Positions 37,286-50,600 of a stretch of 64,000 nucleotides of DNA are shown here, in pieces; position 1 is the first letter of the stretch, and the number at the start of each line of letters is the position of its first letter. Origin of the DNA: Trichoplax adhaerens. Lineage: Eukaryota > Animalia > Placozoa. Made by a program: the position numbers and the translations under genes. Under the pieces are notes generated by a model, which did not search any database, was not told the DNA's origin, and saw nothing but the letters and a program-made list of their open reading frames with translations. The DNA lies in NCBI RefSeq assembly GCF_000150275.1, contig NW_002060957.1:248001-312000 (forward strand), read 5' to 3'.

Positions 37286-39522
37286 TTATATCACATATTC
37301 TTTATTATCTTTAGAATTATGACGGAAATGGAAATTCACTATGTAATCGATGTTGGTCCGTTGTACAGATATGGCAAAAGGATAAAATGGATGGAATGTA
37401 AATGCTACTAATCTTCTCGCTAATGGAGGCGACTGAACGTCGGGTATTCCGGGGAAAATCTTAAACTTGAGTAGCCCAGAATCGCGACCGAAAAACCTAT
37501 AATTTTAAAATATATAAGACTTGTAAAATACAATTGTTTGCGTGATAAGCCATATACTTGTATTTGGGTATTCTATAGAGCTGCATTAAAACGAGTCAAT
37601 TTAAATATAATGTCTACTGAAGCGCAAGTATTTGACTTTGATACTTGTACTCGTATATAATATTCTATCAATTGAACTAGCACAATTAGCGAAAATATCT
37701 TTATAATTCGTTTGTTATTCATATATTGACAGGGTTATTAAAAATGACCAAGTCTACTGATTATACAAATAGAAAAATTTCTTCCTCTAGAACAACGTTT
37801 GTTTATAGCAATGGCTACAGTAACTAGTACATTTATCATTATTGTATATGGTCGTTGTCAAATACCATACTTTATGCATTTATTACCCTAACACTAATAT
37901 TAGTGAGTAAAAGGCAGAGAAAGTCGATGTTAAAACTACCAGTAGTCATTTCCTTTAAATTTCTACTTCTAACTGACAGTGAGTAGGGGTTAACATTAAT
38001 TAACTGTAAATTTAATACTGAGTTGTTATACTTACTTTATTGGATGATCACCACATGGTTTTGGTCTCTCCAACTGCGATATCCATTTATCATCGAAACT
38101 AAATAATGAAAGATCTAAGTATGGGCTACTACTAAATGATTGAGCGCTTATAGGCAATTGAGCCAGCAGCCTTTTAACCGCTTCTATATGACCACCATAT
38201 TTAGCACTAACAATAGTATCTTTAAAACGACGGAGTAATTGCCTTGCATGGAGATTATTTGAAGCACTGCTTGTAAAGGGGATTGCTAAATGTAATTGAG
38301 CATTGCGGAATTGATCACAAAATTCTTCAAAAAGGCGTAACAATAATTCGGAAGTATTTTCAAATACCGCTATTACTTTGGTCGATTTGGTATTATAAAT
38401 GACAAATAAAGATGGTTGAGCATTTGGATCCATGACACGCATGGTGACTACATCTTCATTGGCATATTTAATTAATAGATGCTCTTCATCTAACATTTGC
38501 ATTTTCCACATTCTTAAAGCACAAAAGTAAATGTAATGCTTATAAAATCTTCTCAATCCATCAGGTCCTTCTTGATTAGCTTTTCTCCATAGATAAGTTA
38601 ATAGGCGATGTTTTAATGAGTTAATGGAGGTATCACAAAAAGGTCTGTCCCTACGTTGAGGATGAGTTGAGGCAGTTGTATTGGACTGATAGTGATGACT
38701 GGTTATATTTGCTGATAGAGCAGATAAAGCTAGCTCGTCATCATCAAAACAAAATCGACCAATAGTACGAATATCGATCAAGAGGCCATGCTTAGTTACT
38801 TGAAAGATGTGAATGGTTTGTTGTTGAACCGATAAAACAGTTAGAATATCTTTATATAAATACAAGCCTTGATTATGGGATAGATAGATTTTATCATAAC
38901 GGAATGTTTTCTGATCACAGTGGCGACCAGTTTGTAAATCAATGATATGGATGGTGTAATGTTCCAATGGAGAGCGCACATTCGGAAAAACAGATTCATT
39001 ACTTCGATAAATATCATAAAAATAAGGGCTTGGATCTTCCGGTACTGCAATTGCAGAACATACAATTACATATCGGCTATCGTCTGTGTATAAGCTGCAT
39101 TCTCGATTGAGTAATTCTCCATTACTGGTGACAGTAGTAATAAATTGGCGCTTAAAAAATACATCAAATATTTTACTACGTAAATAGGCTGCGTCCACGT
39201 TGGCATGGAGTAATGATTCTGCAGCACTTGGGCCTTGAAATTGATAAATTTCAACGGATTTTTGATCTAGTGAGAAAGCAATAAATGAATTGCCATCGGG
39301 TGAAAATTTACGCATAAAACATAATCGTTTTTCTACATCAACCACAGTAAAATTCGGGCATATATTCTGATACAACGAGCGAGTTTGGTACCAATTTGTC
39401 CCTGGCGATGCTTGATTGCATTGCCGTTGATGTAATTTCCAGACAATATTTTGAATTGGTAGACGACGAGGACGAAAAGGTCGTTCGCTTTCATGGAGTT
39501 TGTGTTTCTTCTCCGCTTCCAT
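37286..39522 (-). CDS. DET1: De-etiolated 1 homolog (DDB1-CUL4/COP1 ligase component), two coding exons 39522-38036 and 37496-37286
   Basis: Exon 1 contains [43 protein letters not shown] and [18 protein letters not shown]. Exon 2 reads [13 protein letters not shown]...[33 protein letters not shown]. Confidence 0.96.
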
Positions 39523-39836
39523 AGATGGAATAATGGACTATCTACTCATCGATATAGCAATTCATCGATTGAATCACTTCATTGACTTGGTTCAAAGTGA
39601 TGAAAATTCGATTAAACTTGGTTAGCTAATTCATTTGGCGAGGAGATCTAGCTCATCGTTTATGGTGGCAGGCGATTTTGAATGGAGTGCGTGCGTTGTC
39701 AATGGTTGCAGAGTCTGACGGCAAGCGTGCAAAATGAGTTGTCACCTAATTGTCTCCTCACTATTATGCTATAGGCTGTGTTACGGATACAGAACAGAAA
39801 GTTAGGGTGACAACCTGGTATGCTCGCAGCAGACCG

Positions 39837-39896
39837 TACAGTACAGTACTACAGTACACTACTCTACAGTACAGTACTGTACTGATAGTACTGTAG
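39837..39896. repeat. TACAGTA/TACTGTA cluster ~320 bp upstream of the DET1 start
   Basis: TACAGTACAGTACTACAGTACACTACTCTACAGTACAGTACTGTACTGATAGTACTGTA. Confidence 0.75.
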
Positions 39897-40128
39897 TTCT
39901 GGACACGTCAAAGACTACGGAAAGACGGAAAGTGATGATCCTAAAAGTAGGAAGCCGACTATTTTGCTACTCATTTTGACTGCACCGTATGTCTGTAGCT
40001 GTACACTATACTATCAAAAATTGGCAAATCAAGATTAACAGTATGTACGCTTTCAGTGGTCCACGTTATATAGAGTGATGGGAAAAGTGATCAGCCTGAT
40101 TCTTTTTTGGATCTGTAGTTAGCGCTGT

Positions 40129-40530
40129 CATGGACCACTAGAAGAAATACAGTAAACACTGAAAAGTCCATCCGTCCAAGGAGAGTGTCCGGATACTGTA
40201 CTCGGTGTCCTCTACGCTATCAGACAGACGGACTTTTCCAACTGGATGAGACCGAAAATGTCGAAAAATAGTTACTCAGTATGGATCTTCCATCTCTGTT
40301 TTCTAAATCATTCGAATTAATTTGAATAACATTGATGATCTAAAGTTAGTACTTCCAAGCAGAGCTTAAAAACAACGTAATATTACTTAATTTAGAAAAA
40401 AACCAGTCAATTCAGAATCGACTGTCTGCGTACTAAAGTAAGGTCATAGTGAAGCCCTTGATGAAATTAAGTCAAATGTCTGTCCATCCGAAAGGGTACC
40501 CAGTCCAGGTATTTCTTGTAGTCATCCATG
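40129..40530. mobile_element. MITE-like non-autonomous element (~400 bp) with imperfect terminal inverted repeats and subterminal GGA(T/C)(G/A)GAC motifs
   Basis: CATGGACCACTAGAAGAAATAC (40129-40150) matches the reverse complement of GTATTTCTTGTAGTCATCCATG (40509-40530) at 19/22 positions. There is an internal inverted pair GAAAAGTCCATCCGTC (40161) / GACAGACGGACTTTTC (40223). A homologous copy lies at 28.7-28.9 kb. True ends and target-site duplication are not resolved. Confidence 0.55.
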
Positions 40531-41689
40531 GCGCTGCCAAGTGATCAAATCGTTTCAAAACAACAACACTAGTAATATAGATGTAACTTATATTTATTGA
40601 CATATATACTGTACAGTATTTATTATATTATAACATTGTAAGGAAGGATTGCCTCTAGCCATAGGCTTGCAAAGCCTACGGGCTCTGTACAATCTGCCTT
40701 GCAGCAATGCACCTTGCAAATTAGGCGAGTCGGTGCAGCCAGCAAGCTTATTGCCAGCTATCATCACAGTTTCATACATCTCTATCTGCTGATGCAGTAG
40801 TACGACCAGGAACTACAACAACACTACTATGAGAGGAACTGTCAACGATTATTCCTTTCCAAAAATGTCCAGCCTGACGATTTCGCCGGTCATTTTTAGC
40901 TGTTGTGTTTGCATTAGCTCCCAAATTCCTACCAAGTACTTTGGAGCCAGTCACTCTTGTAGTAGAAAGTCCGTGGCGCTGTACCCTTACTCTTGTATAG
41001 TATTGCACTGGTTGTATGAAACAGTTTTGGCTTACAGTGCTATTATTGATAGAGATGGCAAAAAGAGGAAGAAGGAAGTCCGTCCGACCCGACGTCTGTT
41101 TAAGATGGATTTTAGTATGATACTCTACTGTCTTATTTATGTCTTTGAGGCGATATTAATCCTTATTATAGTTCACCGAGATGAACTGGCGTTCAGCTAA
41201 CAGAAAGCTTTACTACTGTTGATATTGCCAGCTCGATTGGGATATTACTAATTGAGTTCAAGTTGTCCTATTATTTATTATTACTCTCTCTCTCTCTCCA
41301 CTTGTCTACAGACACAGGCTATTTTAATCATCGTCTTCGCTTACAGGAAACTATTCTTGATACAACCGACGGTATTATCGTCTCGAAAAAGGAGCTTGAT
41401 TCAAAGTTGTTGTTATGAGTGATGATGGGTTGCTAGTTTTCACAACATGATGGCTTGTCAGCACAATCCGTTGAGGATAGCATATTATTATTAGGGTTGA
41501 GAAGAGAGGATTTTATTTTACAATTACACATCATAATTACTGATATTTTTTAAGATAATTAAATTATTGTCGATATTGCCGATTTGGATATTAGACTATA
41601 GAAGTTTACATGAAATCAATCAAGCAGCGTGGAGTGTAGTACAATTGAAACTTATCTAAATTCAACCTTAATCATCAATCTCCATCACC

Positions 41690-44600
41690 ATGCAAGAGAA
41701 TAGTTGTGAATGGAGTCAAGGCTATCATTTAACGTGGTATGACCATTTGAATGCTGATTGGAGTAATGAAAATATTAGGCTGTTTACATCACGTCATGGT
41801 ATTGATGGATTGTTCGACAAATTGGTAACCAACCGTGAGGCCCAAGCAGCCAATCATGACCATCAAAATAGTACTTATAGTGCCTTGCCCACCTATGAAA
41901 GCAAGACGATCGATCAATCGTTGTTAGTAGACTACCTCAACACTTTAATCCTCAATCAATATCGATTAGTTAAAGCAGTCAATACTCAGTTGCCATTTAC
42001 GACTTATCTTCGCAAACGATTAATTATCCTACAACGATTATATCATGCCAACTTTTATCGATATTATAGCCAAGACAAGCCTCTCTTACAAAGTGTTGCA
42101 GCAGCGTCGTCGACACATTCCAGTGGTCCGACAAGAGGGCCTGATTCATCCAATTCTCTTTATCGCCCATCGACTTCAGCCATAACCAATCTTGCTACAA
42201 CTGGACAATCGCAAGGAGTCAATTTATTAATTGAAGTGGGTGTCAAGACTGGTATCAATGTCATATTTATGCTATTAAAACAGTCATGGTTGAATGATGC
42301 CAAGAGTAGTACTTATTGGAATCAACTTCTTTCAACCGCTTTACAAACGTTAATGTTGATGCCTCCGTTAAGTTTAGCTAGTGAGCCCAAATTACCTAGA
42401 TTAGCTCAAGATACTTTAAATAGCGTCGTTGAATTTTTGACATCATCGCTACAAGCTGATTCCGGTAATACTTTTGAAGGTCGACAAATAGCCATTGAAT
42501 TATTATTAACCATTGCAATACAGAAAGGCTCTCTTGGTGCTATTCTCAATTGGATACAATTAGCATTATCGTTAGCTAATTCTCCTCATCCTTTGCCTCA
42601 AGACCAACCCATGGCTATCCATGGCGATCTATTTAATCGTTTATTGCTACAAATTGAAATTGGCAATGTAAGATATTCTAATATAAATATCGGTATACGG
42701 TATCTTGTTGCATAGTGCTATCGATCATTATTGATATCAATTTATGAATCAATTGAATCAATTGGTGTTGAATCCATTGCAGTAAGTCAAAGTTATTTTT
42801 AGGTAATACTGTCTGACGTTGTAGTTTTCATTCATTCTGTACAGTAAGATGCCTATTTCTATTGACAAATTGTTAATGATACCACCCTATTCTAACAAAA
42901 CACTGGTAAGAGTGAGAGATCAATAGTCAACGTATTACAAATAATTTCATTTAATAATTTTATAGGCAAATGGCAGTGAGAATAAATCTGTTACCAGCAC
43001 ACAACAAGAATACATTTACATCGAGGATGCTGCTATACACTTGCTGCAAGAGGTAGAATTCAATCAACAGTAATGATGGTATAGCCTGCACGTAATGGAT
43101 ACATTATTATTACTGATTAATAACATAAATGATTGGATTGCATTTATAGGTAGCCAGTTTAGCACGTGAACATGAAGGCATTTTTCGAGATACCGTCGAT
43201 TCTTCATTACAAACTGATCACGTTAAAGAATCACATGTTTATGTTTGGGGAAGCAATAGTAGTTACCAGTTGGGTATATCCGAACCAGAGAAAATGCTAA
43301 TACCACACCTTACACCTTCTTTTGCAAATAGTGAACAGGTAAGATTATCAATGATAATTATATGTATTATTATCTTATTTAAATTATTTCTATATCAATA
43401 ATATTAATATACAAGAATTGCATTGTTTTATGTGTGACTGGTGTGAGCTAAACTTCTCCATTCCGATATCTTCTATTCAAATAGATGGTAGCTGGACAAT
43501 ACTGTACCTTTGCTGTTTCCCATAATGGCTATGTGAAAGCCTGTGGCAAGGCTAGTTTATACTCTTGATTATTTCAATTAGGCCTTGGTTATTGTTGTAA
43601 TGATCAATTATTGCGCATATCGTGTAGGGTAATTACGGCCGATTAGGACTTGGGGATTCGAGTAATCAAAATCGGCCAAAATTGATTAGATTTGAACACG
43701 AATGTAAAATTAAAAATTTGGTATCATCTAAAGGCTCTGATGGACATACGTTGGCTATAGCAAGCGATGGTCGAATTTATAGTTGGGGAGATGGTAATGC
43801 AATGATTGACATTGTACAGAATAGCGTTATTTTTAACTGCAAAGTTCAAGTTATTTGCATACTTAATGATATTTGTCATAAAAACTTGAGGGAAATCGTT
43901 ATTATATCGCTCAATAGACCACTCTATGACTTTACCTTAGGTGATTATGGTAAGTTAGGCCATGGCAATCATGTCACTCAGAAAAGTCCTAAATTAATTT
44001 TAGGTCCTATGCAAGGAAAGGTACTATTACTATTAATTATAATTATTAATCGTCATTCTTCATTGCAAAGTTATATTGATAGCGATGATCTAATAACATC
44101 TATTGAAGGTTGTACGTCAAATAGCTGTTGGATATCGGCATAGTGCTGCTATAACAAGTGAAGGCCTACTATACACTTGGGGAGATGGAGATTACGGAAG
44201 ATTAGGTAATTTTAATTATGTTAGCTTACAATATGCTTGCGATCAAACAAGGATTGCTAATCTATACGGTATAAATATGATGCTATGATACAATTAATTA
44301 CAGGTCATGGTGATAATCATAGTAGAAGTATTCCTACACTGGTTAAGGACATTACTGGTGTCGGCTCAGTTAGTTGTGGAAGTTCTTTCACTGTCGTAAT
44401 ATCACAAGATGCAACTACAGTATGGTCATTTGGTGCTGGCGACAACGGTATAGTTTATAGTTTTAATATATAGAGAGATACATGTATTACAAATCTGCTT
44501 GCAATTTATGTATATAAATAATATAAATTACAGGTAAACTTGGCCATGGCGACACAAGCAGAGTGTATAGACCTAAGGTATTAGCGTAATTACTAATAAT

Positions 44601-47600
44601 GTGTTCGATACGGGCAGTGTGCTATTTTTATTCACTACTTGTATAATATGATTACAGGTTATTTCCAATTTACAAGGCTTGCTAATTCGTAAAGTTTGTT
44701 GTGCTAGCCAAAGTTCTTTAGCTTTAACATCGATTGGTCAGGTATGCAGTAAATATTAATTTGTACTCTTTTACTTCAATTTTAATTTTAAAAATTCTTT
44801 TACTGATAAAGTATTGGATTATAAATTTTCTTTTTAATTTTTTTATTAAAACGTAATGTTGTACTGTGTACGAAATTGCTTTGATACGATTATTTTCTGT
44901 CAATAATATCACAATAAAAGGTATTTGTATGGGGTAGCGGGCCTTGTCTTGGTTATGGCCAGGCTGATGCTACTTTCTTGGTACCAAAGCGGCTAGATGA
45001 ATTTCAAGATCTTCAAATTATTGATATTGCTGTTGGTGATAACCACTGTTTAGCTTTGACTTGCGGTAAGGCTTTCACGAATAAAATACTTATTGTTATG
45101 CTACGACTACAAGCTGTAGTGCTTCATATGAATTTAATTTCTATTAGATAATGATGTCTATTCTTGGGGAAATAATGCTTCTGGCCAGTGTGGTCTTGGT
45201 AATAATAATAGCCCCGTTTTACTACCGAGAAAAGTTACTGGTTTTGATAATCATGTTATATATCAAATATCGGTTGGCACATCGCATAGCATAGCATGGA
45301 CAGCTCTGCCAACTGATAGGTAATTGCATTAACAAAATGGTAAAGCAAATAGACTAGGAAATGATTTGATTAGAATGCATACTGTTGATGTAGGTGTTCA
45401 TTGAAGCATAAATTTATCCGGCTTTAATAATATTATTAACCCTGTCTTTAGGTGCATTGTGACCTCATACAAACCGTTTTGTATCGATCTAAAAGAAAAC
45501 ACTTTTTCGAAATTATATCATTTATTAGATAGATTTTGTACATTCAATGATACGGCCAGTTCAGTTGTTACTCATGGGTATGTATCTAGTATGAAAGCAT
45601 GAATTACTCAATTATCGAAATATTCTAAATTAATTAGTCCTAAAATTTTTTATTGTGGCAGGCAGAGAAAACAACTCGTTTGTACTTGTTTAAATCTTCT
45701 AGCAATACATCTATCATTAGCTTCAACTGACTGGTGTTCGTGGACTTCTGCTCTTGGACAATATTCACAACCTTTAAGGGAGCTTATGTTTCGGCTCATT
45801 GATACCCCAGAATACTTTGAGGTCTCGTTCAATGATCTATCATAAAAGGAAGCTATCGTTACATTATCCGTTTATTTCATTATTGTAATTTCAATCAGTG
45901 AAACCATCAATGCATCATATTTAAAATTATTGAATATTTATATCGCAGGACGCCAAAAATGTGCTATCCGTTGGGGCGCGTTTATTGTTACCTGACTTAC
46001 CGGAAATGGTAACACTATTGCAATCACTCTTGCCTCATGTTTCCCAAAAATGGCATTCACTCTCAAGAGGACAAGTACTATACTTGCTCTATTTCTGAAA
46101 TTTCTAGACACTACTGTAATAGTTGACCAGTAGACGTTTTATTATCTGCCTTATTAGTCCTTAACTGCCACAATTTTATTTTGTCGTAACTAGATTACGC
46201 AAATACGCTTGATTTTGAAAGATCTGTATGATGACGAACGTATCGCTAACCTAATGGAGTTCAGAACACATTCCAGTGACACAGATTTATCAAGAATGAA
46301 TTTAGCTACATCCTTAATGATGATGTTGTTGAACAATTTGAAGGGCTTTTGGGTAGTTAAAATTTTAAAATTGTTTGCATTTATTATGTGTATATTGGCT
46401 CAGAGTAGACACGATCTGTGGTCATTATCAGAGCTTGCCTTGTTGTTTAGTATCTATAATATGATAACTTTATTCTTTCTTAATATTAGGCAAAGAGCAT
46501 GAAACATGAAGAAATACTAGAAATCAGGAATACATCTACAAATGCTGAAAAGTTTATAAATTCAGCTGAGGGACTATTAATTTTTCAGCAAATGGACGAT
46601 CTCTTATTAATAATGCAGAAACATCTGTTGACTTTGTGTAATAAATATATTGGAAAAACTCATTCTGACCAACAAGTAAGTCTTAAAATGTGTTACCATT
46701 TAAGGACCTTTTCTTACCTTTTTAACTTTTTTAATTTTTCCTTAGCCGAAATTGTGCCTGGAAGCTCTTAATGCGTACGTATCAGCATTGACCACTTCCA
46801 CAGTGGATATCTTAGTAGAAGCTAAAGTAATTGTGCAGCATTTCAGCGTTGCAGATAAAATTCGCGAAGTATTAGGTACGAAAATCAAAAAGGCTCTTCA
46901 ACGTTGTCTAATGTTGTTTTAATGTTGCCTAATTTTTCTTTGAATTAATTAATTATGACAGAAGCCGTATTGAATTCAGTAGTTGGGACCCATCTTTCGC
47001 AAGTAACTCACTCTCTTCTCCTCTTACCTCCAATGATTACTAAAACGTATTTGCCGGATTTAATTTTGTTGGTCTCATGCCTTGATGACTTTCTATGCTT
47101 ACTACCAGGCATAGAATCAGTTGATAAAGAATTGGAGAACTTATCTAATGGTAAAGTATTTTTCTTTAATTATTTACTAATTATTAAATATACAAATTCG
47201 TAACTTAACGCTATGCATCAAATTACTATTCTTCAGAGAAAACGGAAACAAGCGATAAGGAATTTGGATTAGAATATAAAGAGCCATATGTATGGCTACT
47301 AGATATTCAACGTACTTGCTGTTTTTTAATCGGCCGCTGCATAGGTGGCATGTTGTATGACATGCCGTCATGTAATGAAGATATCGTCAACTATTGGATT
47401 AAAAGCACTTTATTGCAGAACGGCTTTGAAGAGTGTATTAATGAAGGTATTCTGATGTTGAATAATCCATATTAAATTGTTAGTATAATTAAATTTTAAA
47501 TGTCATTTCTTTAGATGAATACCATCGACGTGTAATTTCAGAAGAGGAAATGGAAAATTTGATCATTAAAATCAATCCTAGCATAGTTGGATTAATAAAT

Positions 47601-50600
47601 CCTAATAAAAGTGATACAGCAACTGAGCTACTTTGGCAACACGTGAGAGAATGGTTGGATGATGATGGTATTAATTGTCTTATTACAAAGTTACATTATA
47701 TGATTGCGTCTTAAACCTACTTTATTATTAACTCTTTCACATTAGGCCAGGATGAGCTAAGTACTAAATATAATGTCTTATTGGATGATGCTTGTAAGTA
47801 TGCTTTAGCAAGCATGTTGAAACACTGTCGATTTGCTGGCGTTGATATAATTAACTCAAGGTAATTGCATTGAGTCAATATTTACATCATCATTTTTCCA
47901 GCCATTCCTACTGAATAATTAATGCATATTTTAGACAATCGAACGATTCACCGCTAAGATTAGTATTAACAAATCTCAATAAACTAAGGACGAACTTAAC
48001 TTCTTGGATTAAAAAATTCAAAGGCTTTGGTGGTAGGTTTTAAAAATTTATATTCTGACGGTGTATAATATCCTGTTACAATTTACGGTTATGTCTAAAA
48101 GATTTTAATTTCAATTTCTATTCCTAACTCTTAGATAATTCATTCAAGAAGATACAGGATCGTTTAAAGTCTTTTGCTCTATTTTTATGCTGTTATATAA
48201 AATCGGCATTGCTCGCTAACAATGATGAAGTTCAATTTGTGGTTGAACAATTTTTTATGAAAAAAGTGGCATCAGGTTAGATTAGCGAATAGTGTCATAG
48301 AATTTGCGTATTAATTATTGTCATAATAGTTAAAATGAGGACAATTTGATCTTAAGGATCTTCAAATGAACAAAACGAAGGTCTATCAAGTGGAAGCACG
48401 AATGCTGCAAATAACAGTGGTAACATTGACATTGGAGTAAAAGGGCTAGCAAATAAATTAGAACCTAACCGTCAGAATGCTATCCTTCGACAAATGAAGC
48501 AGATATGTGATCAAGTAGCGAAATTTATGTCACTAGCCATAGCAGCAACATCGTCAAGTTGTAAGAATATCGATCTGCCATCTATGATCATTGATATTGC
48601 CCGTAATAGTAGGCAGAAATCAGAGGTAATACCTGAATTTATTATTTAAACTATTAATTAATTATTAGTTAACTGATAATTTTAATGTTCATTATTATTA
48701 ACACTGATGAAACATAAAACCTCAATTCTATCTGTTAAAATACAACATCTGCTTTATACAGATGAGAATTTATGGGCTCAAAGTTTTATTGACGCTATTA
48801 TCTCCTGATGTTACACCACCTGATTTGATTCATTCTGCTGAAGTAACACCACGATTTTCATTGCCGTCGCTTCCGTCATGCCAAGTGCAATTTCTTATTG
48901 GTTGTTTTGGTAACATTCCATCAATAAAGTTGGACACAAATTTTACCCATTACCAGGTAAGGCAAAAATGACTTGAAATAATAATTGTTCCGATCTGATG
49001 TTAGTGAGTTATATTGACTGTAATCCATATTGCTGTTTATATTTCTATCTTGTGAAGGATATGACGTTTTTTAATACAACTGAAGCTCAGTTGGAAATGC
49101 AAGGTGCAACCCATCGTTTATATCGTATGCTGCTAGGATTGTTACATCGGTATCTATGTGATAAGGATAGCGATCAAAATACTTGGTCGTGCACGATATT
49201 GGTACTTCTCCAGTCATTAAGTCTATATCACAATTATGAAGATTTAAAAGTTCTTATTAGCAGTGAAGTAGTTAATATCCTTAGTCGTCTTATTAATAAA
49301 GTCAATCCATTGAAGATGTCGCTACATTCAAGAAGTGTGGCCTTTTCACCTCAGACACCATTTCATATTGCCAGCAAGAATTGGTTGCAGTTATTGATGT
49401 CTGTAGCAAGTTTAAGATTACTGCAGATATTTTGTATAAGTGTTTGTTTAACTTCAAAATCGTTCTCTAAAGTAACCATGGATTCAATCGGGGAAATATT
49501 GTGGCAGCTTCTATTAAAACTAAAGAAATGTCGTCATACATTGTTAGGCACTGATTGGAATCTATCAGCATTTTTGGTATTTATAAGAAGACTGTCATTT
49601 TCAAATAGTTTTATTTCTACTATAAGTTCCACGAAGTGGGTCAAAAGCCTTCTTGAAATTAATAACTCATATTTGGAGACCAGCGGTGATGGTGTTATCA
49701 GTATACAACAACGGTTACTGTCTATTAACTTACTAAAATGTACTCTATCAGCTTTGACCGCTGATGAGCATGTTATACGGCAAATTATTGAATCGCTTTT
49801 CGATAATATATCCGATATGATGTCATTTATTCAACCGTCAACAGAGTATAGTGATTACTCGAAATTAATTGTGGATTATACTACTGATTCTCCCATGAAC
49901 TTAGATCCTGCTATACCTATTAAAGCCAATTTTGATCCTGATCTTACGATATGCTGTACGGTTGAAAATCTTACTACTCTAGTTCATAGTGTAAATGGGC
50001 GAGGATACGGCATTGCCGCTTCTAGCATAAAATCTGGTACTCGACGATGGAATTTCTATGTAACACAGGATACACGAAATAGCGATGGTGTTTGTATTGG
50101 TATGACACGTTATCCAATAACCGATTATAATTATCGCACAACTTCGGATATGTGGTTATATCGTGCTTGTAACGGTAGTTTGTATCATGGTGGTGAACTT
50201 CCTTCATCAACTTTTCCATCTTATGCTGGTGGTGATTATATTACTGTTATTGTTGATATGCAATCATGTAATATTGCATTTGGTAAAAATGATGAAGAGC
50301 CGATGATAGCTTTTGAAAATATCGATCGTCAAGAATTACTTCCTGTAATTGTATTTGGCAATAATAGCCCTGGAGAAAGAATTTCATTACTGGATATGAG
50401 AATTGACGGCCCACCAATTGATCTTATAGCTGGTGATCCATTATGTGCTCCTAGTCATGTCATTAGTGCACAAGCCTTGGTTGAGCTCATAAGAGAATTG
50501 CATGAAAATAAGAATTGGAAAACAATTATAAACGAAACCATTATAAATCGTTTGACAATTAATGATAACGTCTTAATCGCAAATAACGATGAAGCTGATG

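Noticed and set aside
39738-39814. hAT-like TAGGGTGAC inverted motifs
   Set aside because: They face outward, are short and imperfect, and no partner end or 8-bp target-site duplication was identified.
40727-40736. GAGTCGGTGC, identical to the 3' end of the SpCas9 sgRNA scaffold
   Set aside because: A 10-nt chance match; the rest of the scaffold is absent.
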